Positions 17,430-27,446 of a stretch of 64,000 bases of DNA are shown here, piece after piece. A program made the position numbers and the translations under genes. Every line of letters begins with the position of its first letter. Positions within the stretch are counted from its first letter, which is position 1. A model generated the notes under the pieces. The model was not told the DNA's origin. It worked only from the letters and a program-made list of their open reading frames with translations, and ran no database searches. The stretch is from Acidimicrobiia bacterium (GTDB lineage Bacteria; Actinomycetota; Acidimicrobiia; IMCC26256; CAWATG01). The stretch lies in NCBI GenBank assembly GCA_046331155.1, contig JAXLRK010000001.1, positions 346,301 to 410,300 on the forward strand, read 5' to 3'.

Positions 17430-18168
17430 CGCTCTGGCGAACCGCGCCCGGGGCGTCGGTGTTCCCTGAACCGACGGGGTGGTCGCCTCCGGCGCCCCGC
17501 GGTTCCCCGGCCCCGGCGCCCTCGCCGTCGGTGCTCGCGGCGTCTCCGGCGTCCTTCGCCAACTCGTCGAGGGAGCCGGTGTCGTTGCAGGTGAGGAGGG
17601 CAACGCCGAGGGGCCCGAGCGCGAACGCCGTGACGCTCGCCGGTGACACGACGAACCGCTGGAAGAGGTCGAGGTGCACCCCGGTGAAGTGGGCGATCGC
17701 GGCCTTGATCGGGTCGGCGTGCGAGACGACGACCACCGTCTCGCCCGGATGGCGGGCCACGACGTCCTCGAGCGCGGCCACCACCCGCGCCTGCATCCCG
17801 GCGAGCGACTCGCCGCCCGGGAAACGGGCCCGGGAGGGTGTGCGCTGCACGACGCCCCAGAGCTCGGAGCCCGCGAGGTCCTTGATCGCACCGCCGGTCC
17901 ACTCGCCGTAATCGGCCTCGGTCACCGCTTCCAGGACCTGCACGTCGAGGCCGTGCGGGCCGGCGACGATCTCGGCCGTCCGGCGGGTCCGCTCGATCGG
18001 GCTGCTGTACACGGCGGTGACGGGCAGGGCAGCGAGCCGCGCGGCGGTCCGTCGCGCCTGTTCCACGCCGGCGTCCGACAGGTCGATTCCCGGCGCGCGC
18101 CCCGACAGGGTGGTACCCGTGTGCGAGGTGACCGCGTGGCGGACGAGGACGAGGATCGTGCCGGACAC
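17422..18168 (-). CDS. histidine phosphatase family protein (MSMEG_4193-type putative phosphomutase, TIGR03848-like)
   Basis: LVLVRHAVT (catalytic RHG-like motif) ...[15 protein letters not shown]; overlaps the DUF3090 start by 8 nt. Confidence 0.8.
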   Translation of the reverse strand: MSGTILVLVRHAVTSHTGTTLSGRAPGIDLSDAGVEQARRTAARLAALPVTAVYSSPIERTRRTAEIVAGPHGLDVQVLEAVTEADYGEWTGGAIKDLAGSELWGVVQRTPSRARFPGGESLAGMQARVVAALEDVVARHPGETVVVVSHADPIKAAIAHFTGVHLDLFQRFVVSPASVTAFALGPLGVALLTCNDTGSLDELAKDAGDAASTDGEGAGAGEPRGAGGDHPVGSGNTDAPGAVRQSDG

Positions 18169-18236
18169 GTTCCGATCGTACCGGCCTCGCCCCTGACGCC
18201 ATCCCCGGCCCGGCGCGACGGCTACGGTGCTCGCTC

Positions 18237-19232
18237 ATGAAGCGCGCACTCATCACCGGTATCACGGGTCAGGACGGACGACACCTCGCCGCGCTCCTCG
18301 TCGACCAGGGCTATCAGGTCTTCGGCATGCTCCGGGGTCAGAACAACCCCAAGGCCGAGATGGTGCTGGAGGAGAACCCGAAGCTCGAGCTGGTCGACGG
18401 CGACCTCCAGGACCTGTCGTCGCTGATCGCCGCGGTCGAGCAGGTCCAGCCCGACGAGGTCTACAACCTCGGTGCGATCAGCTTCGTGCAGCTCTCGTTC
18501 AAGCAGCCCGAGCTCACGGGCGACATCACCGGGCTGGGCGTGCTGCGCATGCTGGAGGCCGTCCGGATCGTCGGCGGCACCCAGAACAACCCGATCCGCT
18601 TCTACCAGGCCTCCTCGTCGGAGATGTTCGGCAAGGTCCGCGAGACCCCGCAGACCGAGCTCACCCCCTTCCACCCGCGCTCGCCGTACGGCGTCGCCAA
18701 GGTGTTCGGCCACTACATGACCCTCAACTACCGCGAGTCGTACGGAATGCACGCGTCGTCGGGCATCCTGTTCAACCACGAGGGCGAGAAGCGTGGCCTC
18801 GAGTTCGTGACGCGCAAGATCACCAACTCGATGGCGCGCATCAAGCTCGGCCTCCAGGACTCGATCAGCCTCGGGAACCTCGACGCGTCGCGCGACTGGG
18901 GCTACGCGGGCGACTACGTCGAGGCGATGTACCTGATGCTCCAGCAGCCCGAGCCCGACGACTACGTCGTCGCCACCGGGGAGACGCACACGATCCGGGA
19001 GTTCCTCGACGCCGCGTCCCGGATCGCCGGATACGACGAGTGGGAATCGTTCGTACAGCACGACACCCGGTTCGACCGCCCCGCCGAGGTGGACCTGCTC
19101 ATCGGCGACGCGTCGAAGGCCCGCTCCAAGCTCGAGTGGAGGCCGAAGGTCTCGTTCGAGGACCTCGTCCGCCGGATGTACGAGCACGACCTCGAGTACG
19201 AGCGGTCCAGGATGGAGTCCGGCCGCCACTGA
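18237..19232 (+). CDS. gmd: GDP-mannose 4,6-dehydratase
   Basis: [21 protein letters not shown]... with YxxxK and unmistakable Gmd sequence throughout; 331 aa. Confidence 0.95.
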   Translation: MKRALITGITGQDGRHLAALLVDQGYQVFGMLRGQNNPKAEMVLEENPKLELVDGDLQDLSSLIAAVEQVQPDEVYNLGAISFVQLSFKQPELTGDITGLGVLRMLEAVRIVGGTQNNPIRFYQASSSEMFGKVRETPQTELTPFHPRSPYGVAKVFGHYMTLNYRESYGMHASSGILFNHEGEKRGLEFVTRKITNSMARIKLGLQDSISLGNLDASRDWGYAGDYVEAMYLMLQQPEPDDYVVATGETHTIREFLDAASRIAGYDEWESFVQHDTRFDRPAEVDLLIGDASKARSKLEWRPKVSFEDLVRRMYEHDLEYERSRMESGRH

Positions 19233-19270
19233 GGGCCGTCCGACCCGGTCGAGACCCGATCGGCTCCGAC

Positions 19271-19455
19271 CGAACTGGTCTGTGTGACGGTACCCGTAGG
19301 GGCCCGCGACACCGACCAGTTCGGGATGCCGATCGAACCGGTCCGTGTGACGGTACCCGTAGGGGCCCGCGACACCGACCAGTTCGGGATGCCGATCGAA
19401 CCGGTCCGTGTGACGGTACCCGTAGGGGCCCGCGACACCGACCAGTTCGGACATT
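19271..19455 (+). repeat. tandem repeat, 3 x 63 bp, in the convergent gmd / NMO intergenic region; each unit carries internal inverted repeats
   Basis: Unit cgaaccggtccgtgtgacggtacccgtaggggcccgcgacaccgaccagttcgggatgccgat x3 (first and last copies slightly diverged). The ends cgaac.ggtc / gaccagttcg are reverse complements, and the centre acggtacccgt is a near-palindrome. Confidence 0.85.
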
Positions 19456-19463
19456 CCCGGAGC

Positions 19464-20435
19464 CTACGGTCGACCGAGGGCGCCGAGGCGGGTCAGCACG
19501 GCCTCCGCTTCCTCGACCATCCGGTGCACGAGCTCGGCTGCCGGCACCAACCCACGGATCGCACCCACGCCCTGGCCGGCCGGGTAGCACTCCCGGGCCG
19601 GGTCCACCCCCTCGGTGGTCTCGTCGCCACCGAGGTGGAACACGCCTGCTTCGCCGGCCGTGAAGATCTGCTGAGGGAACGGCTGTACGAGCTCCGGGTG
19701 CTGGTCCACGTAGTCGGTCCACTCGTTGCGCACCGCGCGCAGCGTCTTGCCCGTGTAGCCCTTCGTGATCACCGTCCCGTCCTCGAGGGTGCGGCCCAGT
19801 ACCTCCTTGTAGCCGCGCACCGCGCGTGCTTCCGGTGTGGCGACGAACCGGGTACCGATCCACACGCCGTCGGCGCCGAGCGCGAGCGCGGCCGCCAGGC
19901 CGCGGCCGTCGAACAGGCCGCCGGCCGCCACGACCGGTACCCGGTCGCCCACCGCGTCGACGACCTGCGGAACGAGCGGCATCGTCGCGACGCGGCCGGT
20001 GTGCCCACCGGCCTCCGTTCCCTGCGCGACCACCAGGTCGCATCCGGCCTCGACGGCGTCGATCGCGTGGCGTACCCGCCCGCACATGTTGACCACCAGC
20101 ACGTTGCGGGCGTGGCAGAGCTCGATGACGTCGCGCGGAACCCCGAGGCCGGCGACGAACGCCGTGGCGCCTCCCGCGATCAGCTTCTCCACGTTGCCGT
20201 ACAGGTCCTGGGGCAGTGCCGTGAGCAGGTCGACGCCGAACGGCTCGGCCGTGAGTGCCCTGATCCGCCCGATCTCGGCGACCATTCCCTCGGTCGAGAG
20301 CGTCGACGCGCCCAGGCAGCCGAAGCCGCCGGCCTCCGACACCGCGGCGACCAGCTCGTGGTAGGCCACGCCCGCCATGCCGGCCAGCATCACCGGGTGC
20401 TCGATGCCGAGAACGTCCGTGAGTCGAGTGCGCAT
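19464..20435 (-). CDS. NAD(P)H-dependent flavin oxidoreductase / nitronate monooxygenase (NMO family)
   Basis: MRTRLTDVLGIEHPVMLAGMAGVA... TIM-barrel FMN family; 323 aa. Confidence 0.85.
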   Translation of the reverse strand: MRTRLTDVLGIEHPVMLAGMAGVAYHELVAAVSEAGGFGCLGASTLSTEGMVAEIGRIRALTAEPFGVDLLTALPQDLYGNVEKLIAGGATAFVAGLGVPRDVIELCHARNVLVVNMCGRVRHAIDAVEAGCDLVVAQGTEAGGHTGRVATMPLVPQVVDAVGDRVPVVAAGGLFDGRGLAAALALGADGVWIGTRFVATPEARAVRGYKEVLGRTLEDGTVITKGYTGKTLRAVRNEWTDYVDQHPELVQPFPQQIFTAGEAGVFHLGGDETTEGVDPARECYPAGQGVGAIRGLVPAAELVHRMVEEAEAVLTRLGALGRP

Positions 20436-20510
20436 GTGGTGGCCTTTCGGGTCCTCGCCGTGAACGGGAATCGGCTCCGATTCTTACCGGCCCGGCGGTA
20501 GATTCGCCTC

Positions 20511-21014
20511 GTGAGCAGAGCGCCGGTCGTCGGGGTGATCATGGGCAGCGATTCCGACCTGCCGGTGATGCAGGCCGCCATCGACGCGCTGGCGGAGTTC
20601 GATGTGCCGCACGAGGTGCGCATCGTGTCCGCGCATCGCACGCCCGACGTGCTCGTGGAGTACGCCTCGACCGCGGTCGAAAGGGGGCTCAGGGTGATCG
20701 TCGCCGGCGCCGGCGGCGCCGCCCACCTCCCGGGCATGACCGCGTCGATGACGCCGCTCCCGGTCATCGGCGTCCCGGTGCCGCTCGGCCAACTCGATGG
20801 GCTCGACTCCCTTCTCTCGATCGTCCAGATGCCGGCCGGGATCCCGGTCGCCACCGTCGCGATCGGCAACGCGCGCAACGCCGGCCTGCTCGCCGTCCGC
20901 ATCCTCGCGGCCTCGGACGCCGCGCTGCGCGACCGGATGGCCGACCACCAGCGCACACTGTCGACGACCGTCAAGGCCAAGGACGAGACGGTGCGCCGGC
21001 AGTTCGGCCCGTGA
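20511..21014 (+). CDS. purE: 5-(carboxyamino)imidazole ribonucleotide mutase
   Basis: GTG start; [15 protein letters not shown]...[14 protein letters not shown] canonical PurE. Confidence 0.9.
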   Translation: MSRAPVVGVIMGSDSDLPVMQAAIDALAEFDVPHEVRIVSAHRTPDVLVEYASTAVERGLRVIVAGAGGAAHLPGMTASMTPLPVIGVPVPLGQLDGLDSLLSIVQMPAGIPVATVAIGNARNAGLLAVRILAASDAALRDRMADHQRTLSTTVKAKDETVRRQFGP

Positions 21015-21040
21015 TGCACTGACGACGGAGGATCCGCGCG

Positions 21041-21943
21041 ATGCGATACGCGGCCTACGACAGCGTCACCGGTCAACCCCACGTCGTGGTCGACGGGGCA
21101 CCGCAGGCCGGTACGGTCCTCACCCTGTCGCATTGGCCGCGCTCCGCGACGCCGGCCGCGTTGCAGCGCGACCTGTCGGCCGAGATCGCGTTTGCATATC
21201 TCGACCGACCCGAGCTCCACGTCGACGCGGCGGTCGTCACCAACAACCATCCCGACGAGGACGGCATCACGAGCGTGTACGTCCTCGTCGACCCCGCGGC
21301 CGCATCGTCGCGGCGCGACCTCGTCATCGAGACTGCCCGTGCAGGTGACTTCTCCACCACGCATTCCCGTGCCGCGGCTCGCGCCGCGTTCGCGATCTCC
21401 GCGCTCGTCGAGGATGCAGACTCCGACCCCTACCCGACCGTCCTCGAACGTCTCACCGCCGTCTTCGACGACCCGGAACGGTTTCGCGACCTGTGGGAAC
21501 GAGAAGACGCCGAGCTCCAGGCCGGTCTCGACGCGATCGCCGGGGGTGCGGTGACGATCGAGGAGCACCCCGAGGTCGACCTCGCCGTCGTGACCGTCCC
21601 CCAGGCCCAGCGCCGTCCGCACGCGATCGCGGTGCACAACGCCACCGACCGGTTCCGTGTCCTCTACGTCCACGGACGTCACTACGAGGTCGTGTTCCGG
21701 TACGAGACCTGGGTGCAGTTCGTCTCGCGGCCGGTGATGCCGCGCGTCGATCTGGCCCCGCTCGCACAACTGCTCGCCGACCTCGACGGTTCCGCATGGA
21801 AGTTCGACGGTGCCGGGTCGATCATCCCTTCGCTGCGCCGTGTCGACGGCGGCGAATGCTCCCTCGACCCGCACAAGTTCGGCGCGCTCCTCCACGACGC
21901 GCTGCAGGGCGCGCCACCCGCGTGGGATCCATTCGGCCGATGA
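21041..21943 (+). CDS. hypothetical protein (300 aa)
   Basis: Clean ORF directly after purE. Its stop overlaps the next start (ATGA). No family recognised. Confidence 0.55.
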   Translation: MRYAAYDSVTGQPHVVVDGAPQAGTVLTLSHWPRSATPAALQRDLSAEIAFAYLDRPELHVDAAVVTNNHPDEDGITSVYVLVDPAAASSRRDLVIETARAGDFSTTHSRAAARAAFAISALVEDADSDPYPTVLERLTAVFDDPERFRDLWEREDAELQAGLDAIAGGAVTIEEHPEVDLAVVTVPQAQRRPHAIAVHNATDRFRVLYVHGRHYEVVFRYETWVQFVSRPVMPRVDLAPLAQLLADLDGSAWKFDGAGSIIPSLRRVDGGECSLDPHKFGALLHDALQGAPPAWDPFGR

Positions 21944-22956
21944 GCTCGACCGAGGTCCTCGACGCGGCGTACGAACGCTTGGCACCGTTCGACTTCGAGT
22001 TCGCAGGCGGCTTTGCCGACCACGGCCCGATGGTCGCCGAGGCACTCGTACGCCTCGGTCGCGCCGACGCGATCGCCCCCTGGGTCGAGCGTCACGTCGC
22101 GCTGCTCGATCCGATGCGCCCTCCGGTCGCGCCGATCGACGACTGGATCGTGGCCCTCGGCGACCGCGACCGGTCGGCGGACTGGCTGGGGCTCTTCACC
22201 TCCGAGCTCGGGCGGGAGCCGTGGGCAGACGTCGTCGCGCTCTGGGCACCGCGGCTTATCCCCGGTGCCTTCGCCGCCGCGACGCACGGTCTCATCCGGA
22301 CGGCCCACGCTGTGCGCGCGATCGACGAGGTCGTCACTGCTCCGCGCCAGGGCGAGCTCGCCCGTGGCCTCGCGCTGTGGGCATCGACGTACCGCGAGCT
22401 GCCCGGCCCACCCCGCCCGAACGGAACGCACGACCTCGCGACGATCCTCGACGAGCTGGCCGCGACCGCTCGCCCGGCCCGCGGGATGATCACGACCGCG
22501 GTCGCGGCACGCGTCGACGCAGACCCCGGGTTCGTCACCGCCGTCGATTCCGTCGCCCCACCGGCCGATGCGAACCGCGCCCTCCTCGACCTCACCGCGG
22601 AGGCCGCTCGCCGCTACCTGCGCGGCGCCGAGCAGTTCCCGATCGCGTTAGTCCACGGGGTGACGGGCCCGGCGGCGGCCCGGCTGCTCCTCGCCCATCT
22701 CGCCCCCGTACACCACGGGGCGCTCTTCGCGTACTCCTGGCAGGTGGTCGCGGCGATGGTTGCGACGTACGGTGGCGACCAGCACGGCCGCCTCGACCGC
22801 GGTGCTACGCCCGGAACCGCGGAGATCGTCGACCGCGCCGTCGCGGGGGGCGACGAGCACGCCATCAAGATGGCCGAGGCGTGTCTACGCGAGAACCGGG
22901 AGAACCCCGACGGCGTGTACGTGCTCGCCGCTGCCGACGCCGTCGCCCGTCTCTGA
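21940..22956 (+). CDS. DUF4243 / questin-oxidase-like family protein
   Basis: 338 aa, translationally coupled to the upstream unknown gene. Sequence pattern resembles the questin oxidase-like family. Confidence 0.6.
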   Translation: MSSTEVLDAAYERLAPFDFEFAGGFADHGPMVAEALVRLGRADAIAPWVERHVALLDPMRPPVAPIDDWIVALGDRDRSADWLGLFTSELGREPWADVVALWAPRLIPGAFAAATHGLIRTAHAVRAIDEVVTAPRQGELARGLALWASTYRELPGPPRPNGTHDLATILDELAATARPARGMITTAVAARVDADPGFVTAVDSVAPPADANRALLDLTAEAARRYLRGAEQFPIALVHGVTGPAAARLLLAHLAPVHHGALFAYSWQVVAAMVATYGGDQHGRLDRGATPGTAEIVDRAVAGGDEHAIKMAEACLRENRENPDGVYVLAAADAVARL

Positions 22957-22988
22957 CGCGCCGCCGGGGCCTGCCACCGGCGACGGGC

Positions 22989-25706
22989 TCATTCGGTCGT
23001 CACGGCGTCGAGCACGTTCAACCGGGTGGCGCGCCAGCTCGGCCAGGCCGCGGCGACCAACCCCGCGATCGCGGCGAGCGCGGCCAGCACGATCAGCGCG
23101 GCGCCGGGGAACGCGATCACGCCGAGGCCGAGGGCGTTGCCGCCGATGGCGACGACGACCACGGCGACGCCGGCCGCGACCGCCTTCCAGAAGTTCAGCA
23201 CGGCGAAGACCAAGCCGACCGCGGACACGACCAGGATCGTCCAGACCGACGAGACCGGCAGCGCGAACTTGAATCCCTGGTCCGCGAGCGCGACGACGAG
23301 CGCCCGTCCGAACACCATGCCCACGACGACGCCCAGAATGCCGCCGAACACCGCGATCACGAGCGCCTCCCAGCGGATCATCCGCCGCGTCTGCGGCAAC
23401 GACATGCCGACCGCTCGGAGCAGACCCAGCTCCCGTGTGCGCTCCACCACCGACAGGGTCAGCGTGTTGACCACGCCGATCGTCGCGATCAGGACCGAGA
23501 AGGCGAGCAGCACGAAGATCAGGTTCACGAACTGGTCGAGCTGGTCCGTGATGTCACGCTTGAACGCCGTCTGGTCCTGGATCTTCAGCCCGTACTGCCC
23601 GGCCAGCTTCTTGACGAATGCCCGGGCGTCCTCGGGCGACTGCCCCTTCGGCACCTTGATCGCGGCGAACCGGTCCACCTGCCACTGCGACGGGTACTGC
23701 TGCTCGAAGTCCCGCAACGAGAGGACGTAGTTCGAGCCCAGCCCGCGGTTCTCGCCGAACACCCCGACGATCGGCACGCTCACCACGGGCGAGGTCGCGT
23801 TGAGGAACCGCATCGGCAGCGAGTCGCCCACCCGGTAGCCGTGCTCCTTGGCCACGTCCTTGTAGATGAGCACGCCGCCGTCCTTCAAGGCGTCCGCGGA
23901 ACCCGACTCCATCTTCAGGTTGAAGTTCGTGTCGAGGTACCGGCCGTCGGTCGCGAGGAGGAACTTGAGCTGCGAGCGGTCGTACCAGCCGCCCACACGG
24001 AATCCGACCGCGTGCGCCGTCGAGGCATGCGCGCGCAGCTTCTCGACGACCGTGGTGGGGAAGCCGGCGTCCTGCCCTCTGGTGGTGGGCTGGGCGAAGA
24101 AGTCCGAGGTGACCGTATCGTCGAGCACGGAGTCGAAGGTCGACTTGATCGACGAGCTGGCGATGGTGACGAGGCTGACCAGCGCGAGACCGATCATGAG
24201 CGCCGCGGCGGTGGCCGTCGTACGCCGGGGGTTGCGCATCGCGTTCTCGCGGGCGAGATCGCCGGTGATGCCGTCGTAGCGCGCCGGTGCCGCGCCGACG
24301 AGCCGCACGAACGGGCGGGCGATCAGCGGGCTGAGCGAAGGGACGCCGATGAACACGATGAGCACGGCCGCGGCGCCGATCTGCAACGCGTCGCCGCCGG
24401 TAATGCCCTGCACCAGGAGGAAGGCCCCCAGCACGGTCGCGATGGTGCCCGCGACGTACCTGGACCGGCCCCGGCCCCCGATCTGGAACTCCTGGTCGCG
24501 CATCGCCGCCACCGGCGGCACCTTGGCGGCCCGTCGGGCGGGGAAGATCGCCGATACGAACGTCACGATGACGCCAACTGCGAAGCTCACGACGATCGTG
24601 CGCCCCAGCAGCTGGGTCGGGCCCGACGGGATCTTCGCGCCGGTGAGACCGATACCCCAGCGGAGCAGGGTCGCCAGACCCACGCCCGCGACGATGCCGA
24701 TGACCGACGACAACACGCCGGTGACGAACGCCTCGATCCCGACCGAACGACGCACCTGGCGGCCGGATGCGCCGATGGCCCGCAGCAACGCGAGCTCGCG
24801 AGAGCGCTGCTGCACGATGATCGAGAACGTGTTGTAGATGATGAAGATTCCCACCCCGACCGAGATCGCCGCGAACACCAGCAGGAACGTGCTGAAGAAC
24901 GACAGGTTCTCCTGAAGCTGGTTGGCGTCCTCCTCGGCGAGCGCAGTCCCCGTCACGGCCTCGGTCTTGGGCGGCAGCTGGGCGCGCACCGCGGCCAGCG
25001 TCTTCGCCACCGGCGCGCCGGCGGTGCTCCGGACTGCGATGATGTCGAAGGCGTCCGCGTCGGGCGAGAGCACCTCGTGTGCCGTCACCGGGTCGAACAG
25101 CGAGATGGTCGCGCCCGCGAGATTGCCGGCCTGGCCGAACCGGAAGATCCCCGAGACCCTGAAGGTTCGCTCGGGGGCCTTCTTGAAGGCGATCCGTAGC
25201 CGGTCGCCGACGTGGATGTCGTTGTCGTTCGCGGTCTGCGAGTCGATGGCGACGTCGGAGCCCGAGGTCGGGCGACGACCCTGTTGGAGCTGGAACACGG
25301 AGTCCAACTCCGGGTCGGGGCCCCAGACGTTCCCGAGGGTGGGCGCACCGCCGTTCTGGATGTCCTTGCCGTGGTTGAAGATCAAGGCCTGACGGTTCAC
25401 GTAGCGGCCCGCGGCGACGATGTCGGAGACCTTCGACGTCAGCTCGGGCACCAGGCTCGCGGGCACCGTGGCACGTTGTTCGTAGCCGCCGCCGCCCTGG
25501 TTCACCGTGGGGAGCTTCACCGTCGAGCGCACGGCCACGTCGACGTTGGCGTACGCGCTCTGGAAGATGCTGTCGAAGATGCTGCTGATGGTGTCGGTCA
25601 GCACGAAGCTCCCGGCGACGAACGCGACGCCGATGACCACCGACAACGACGTGAGGAGGAGCCGCAGCTTCTTGGCCCACAGGCCCTTGATCGTGACCTT
25701 CCACAT
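22989..25706 (-). CDS. ABC transporter permease, FtsX/MacB-type with duplicated FtsX domains
   Basis: 905 aa, N-terminal MWKVTIKGLWAKKLRLLLTSLSVVIGVAFV, two 4-TM FtsX modules with large extracytoplasmic domains. Confidence 0.85.
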   Translation of the reverse strand: MWKVTIKGLWAKKLRLLLTSLSVVIGVAFVAGSFVLTDTISSIFDSIFQSAYANVDVAVRSTVKLPTVNQGGGGYEQRATVPASLVPELTSKVSDIVAAGRYVNRQALIFNHGKDIQNGGAPTLGNVWGPDPELDSVFQLQQGRRPTSGSDVAIDSQTANDNDIHVGDRLRIAFKKAPERTFRVSGIFRFGQAGNLAGATISLFDPVTAHEVLSPDADAFDIIAVRSTAGAPVAKTLAAVRAQLPPKTEAVTGTALAEEDANQLQENLSFFSTFLLVFAAISVGVGIFIIYNTFSIIVQQRSRELALLRAIGASGRQVRRSVGIEAFVTGVLSSVIGIVAGVGLATLLRWGIGLTGAKIPSGPTQLLGRTIVVSFAVGVIVTFVSAIFPARRAAKVPPVAAMRDQEFQIGGRGRSRYVAGTIATVLGAFLLVQGITGGDALQIGAAAVLIVFIGVPSLSPLIARPFVRLVGAAPARYDGITGDLARENAMRNPRRTTATAAALMIGLALVSLVTIASSSIKSTFDSVLDDTVTSDFFAQPTTRGQDAGFPTTVVEKLRAHASTAHAVGFRVGGWYDRSQLKFLLATDGRYLDTNFNLKMESGSADALKDGGVLIYKDVAKEHGYRVGDSLPMRFLNATSPVVSVPIVGVFGENRGLGSNYVLSLRDFEQQYPSQWQVDRFAAIKVPKGQSPEDARAFVKKLAGQYGLKIQDQTAFKRDITDQLDQFVNLIFVLLAFSVLIATIGVVNTLTLSVVERTRELGLLRAVGMSLPQTRRMIRWEALVIAVFGGILGVVVGMVFGRALVVALADQGFKFALPVSSVWTILVVSAVGLVFAVLNFWKAVAAGVAVVVVAIGGNALGLGVIAFPGAALIVLAALAAIAGLVAAAWPSWRATRLNVLDAVTTE

Positions 25707-25712
25707 GGGGGA

Positions 25713-26477
25713 TCAGTCCCCCAGCTGCTTCATCCGGTCGAGGATCGCCTGTGGCGTGGGGTCGCGCATCTCGCCGACCGTCTTGCCGTCGGCCAGGAAG
25801 ACCACGCGATCGGCGTAGCCGGCGGCGCCCGGATCGTGGGTCACCATGACGATGGTCTGTCCGAGGTCACTCACCGCACCGCGCATGAACCGGAGGATCT
25901 CGGCCCCCGAGCGCGAGTCGAGATTGCCGGTCGGTTCGTCGGCGAAGATGATGCGGGGCCTGCTCACCAGCGCGCGGGCCACGGCGACACGCTGCTGCTG
26001 GCCTCCCGACAGCTCACTCGGCCGGTGCTCGAGGCGGTCGGTCAGGCGGACGGTCCCGACCACGTGCTCGAGCCATGCCGGGTCGGGCTTTCGGCCCGCC
26101 AACGCCATGGGCAGCGTGATGTTCTCCAGCGCGGTGAGGGTGGGGATGAGGTTGTAGGACTGGAAGACGAATCCGATCTCGTCGCGCCGGATGACGGTGA
26201 GCTCCTTCTCCGACCGGCCGCTGATCTCGCGCTCGCCCAGGAAGATCTGCCCCGAGGTCAACCGGTCGAGGCCGGCCAAGCAGTGCAACAACGTCGACTT
26301 CCCCGAACCCGACGGGCCCATGATCGCCGTGAACGCGCTGGTGGCGAAGTCGACGGAGATGTGATCGAGCGCACGAACCTCCGCCTCGCCGCTCCCGTAG
26401 ACCTTCGAAGCGTCCACCGCGCGCGCGGCCACCTCGACACCGGACACGATGGGACTCTCGGCAGTAGTCAAGTGCAC
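25713..26477 (-). CDS. ABC transporter ATP-binding protein (MacB/LolD type)
   Basis: Walker A GPSGSGKST, signature LSGGQQQRVA, Walker B IIFADEPTGNLD; 6 nt upstream of the permease. Confidence 0.9.
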   Translation of the reverse strand: MHLTTAESPIVSGVEVAARAVDASKVYGSGEAEVRALDHISVDFATSAFTAIMGPSGSGKSTLLHCLAGLDRLTSGQIFLGEREISGRSEKELTVIRRDEIGFVFQSYNLIPTLTALENITLPMALAGRKPDPAWLEHVVGTVRLTDRLEHRPSELSGGQQQRVAVARALVSRPRIIFADEPTGNLDSRSGAEILRFMRGAVSDLGQTIVMVTHDPGAAGYADRVVFLADGKTVGEMRDPTPQAILDRMKQLGD

Positions 26478-26504
26478 TCCTCTTCCCGAGCCGCGCCGCC
26501 GACG

Positions 26505-27365
26505 CTACCGAAGCTCCGCGCCCGCGTCGGCCTCCGGGTCGCCGGCGGGCACGGCGGGATGGAACCCCGGGTACTCGACGGGCTCGCCTCGACGGCCGGC
26601 CCTCACGAACAACCCGACGGCCAGGACGCACAGGACGGCGCTCAGCAGCTGGTTGAACCGCAGGCCGCCCAAGATCTTCGTGGCCTTGTCGACCCTGAGG
26701 GCCTCGAACCAGAAACGCCCGAAGGTGTACATGGCCACGTAGAGCCAGAACGTCTGGCCGCGATGCAGGGGAAAGCGCTTCGCGACGACGAGCAGCGTCA
26801 CGAAGATCGTGAGGCACCACAGCGACTCGTACAGGAACGTCGGGTGGAAGGTGCTGCTGTCCAGGTACTGCTCCGGTCGATGCCGGCGAGCGATCTCCAG
26901 CCCCCACGGCAGCGAGGTCGGCCGCCCGAAGAGCTCCTGGTTGAAGTAGTTCCCCCACCGTCCGATGGCCTGGGCCACCACCGCGCCCGGCGCCATGGCG
27001 TCGAGCATCATCAGCCCCGAGAGGTGCTTGCGTCGGGTGAGCACCACGGCCACGATCGCGCCGGCACCGATCGCTCCCCAGATGCTCAGGCCACCTCTCC
27101 AGATCGCGACCGTTCCCGTGAGACCATCCCGGTCCCAGTCGTAACCGGTGAAGAGGTGGTACACGCGGGCACCCACGATGCCCGCGAGAACGGACCAGAA
27201 GACGACGTCGGTGAAGTCCTTCGGGTCGCCGCCCATCTTCGTCCAGCGCCGCTCCGCGATCCACGCCGCGACCAGGACGCCGACCGCGATCAGGAGCCCG
27301 TACATGTGGAAGGGACCGACGTTGCCCGACGACGGACTGGGGATCGAGGCGAGGGAGCCGGCCAT
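26505..27365 (-). CDS. lgt: prolipoprotein diacylglyceryl transferase
   Basis: Internal Met MAGSLASIPSPS...; the Lgt signature region GRWGNYFNQELFGRPTSLPWGLEI; 286 aa. Confidence 0.9.
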   Translation of the reverse strand: MAGSLASIPSPSSGNVGPFHMYGLLIAVGVLVAAWIAERRWTKMGGDPKDFTDVVFWSVLAGIVGARVYHLFTGYDWDRDGLTGTVAIWRGGLSIWGAIGAGAIVAVVLTRRKHLSGLMMLDAMAPGAVVAQAIGRWGNYFNQELFGRPTSLPWGLEIARRHRPEQYLDSSTFHPTFLYESLWCLTIFVTLLVVAKRFPLHRGQTFWLYVAMYTFGRFWFEALRVDKATKILGGLRFNQLLSAVLCVLAVGLFVRAGRRGEPVEYPGFHPAVPAGDPEADAGAELR

Positions 27366-27446
27366 GGCGCACCATCGTAGGGGCGCTTCAAGACTCGACC
27401 CGACAGGTGCCGATACAGCGGTGAACCCGCGACCGAGGAGATCCAC

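Noticed and set aside
16035-17594. 519-aa plus-strand ORF over the SCO1664/DUF3090 genes
   Set aside because: Antisense to conserved family genes; Arg-rich.
18222-19454. 410-aa minus-strand ORF beginning with three ELVGVAGPYGYRHTDRFDRHP repeats (the 63-bp array read as protein)
   Set aside because: After the repeats it runs antisense through the whole gmd gene with junk composition. The repeat is better explained as a non-coding structured array.
21810-25199. 1129-aa plus-strand ORF antisense to the FtsX permease
   Set aside because: Low-complexity Arg/Asp/Gly composition, antisense to a well-supported gene.
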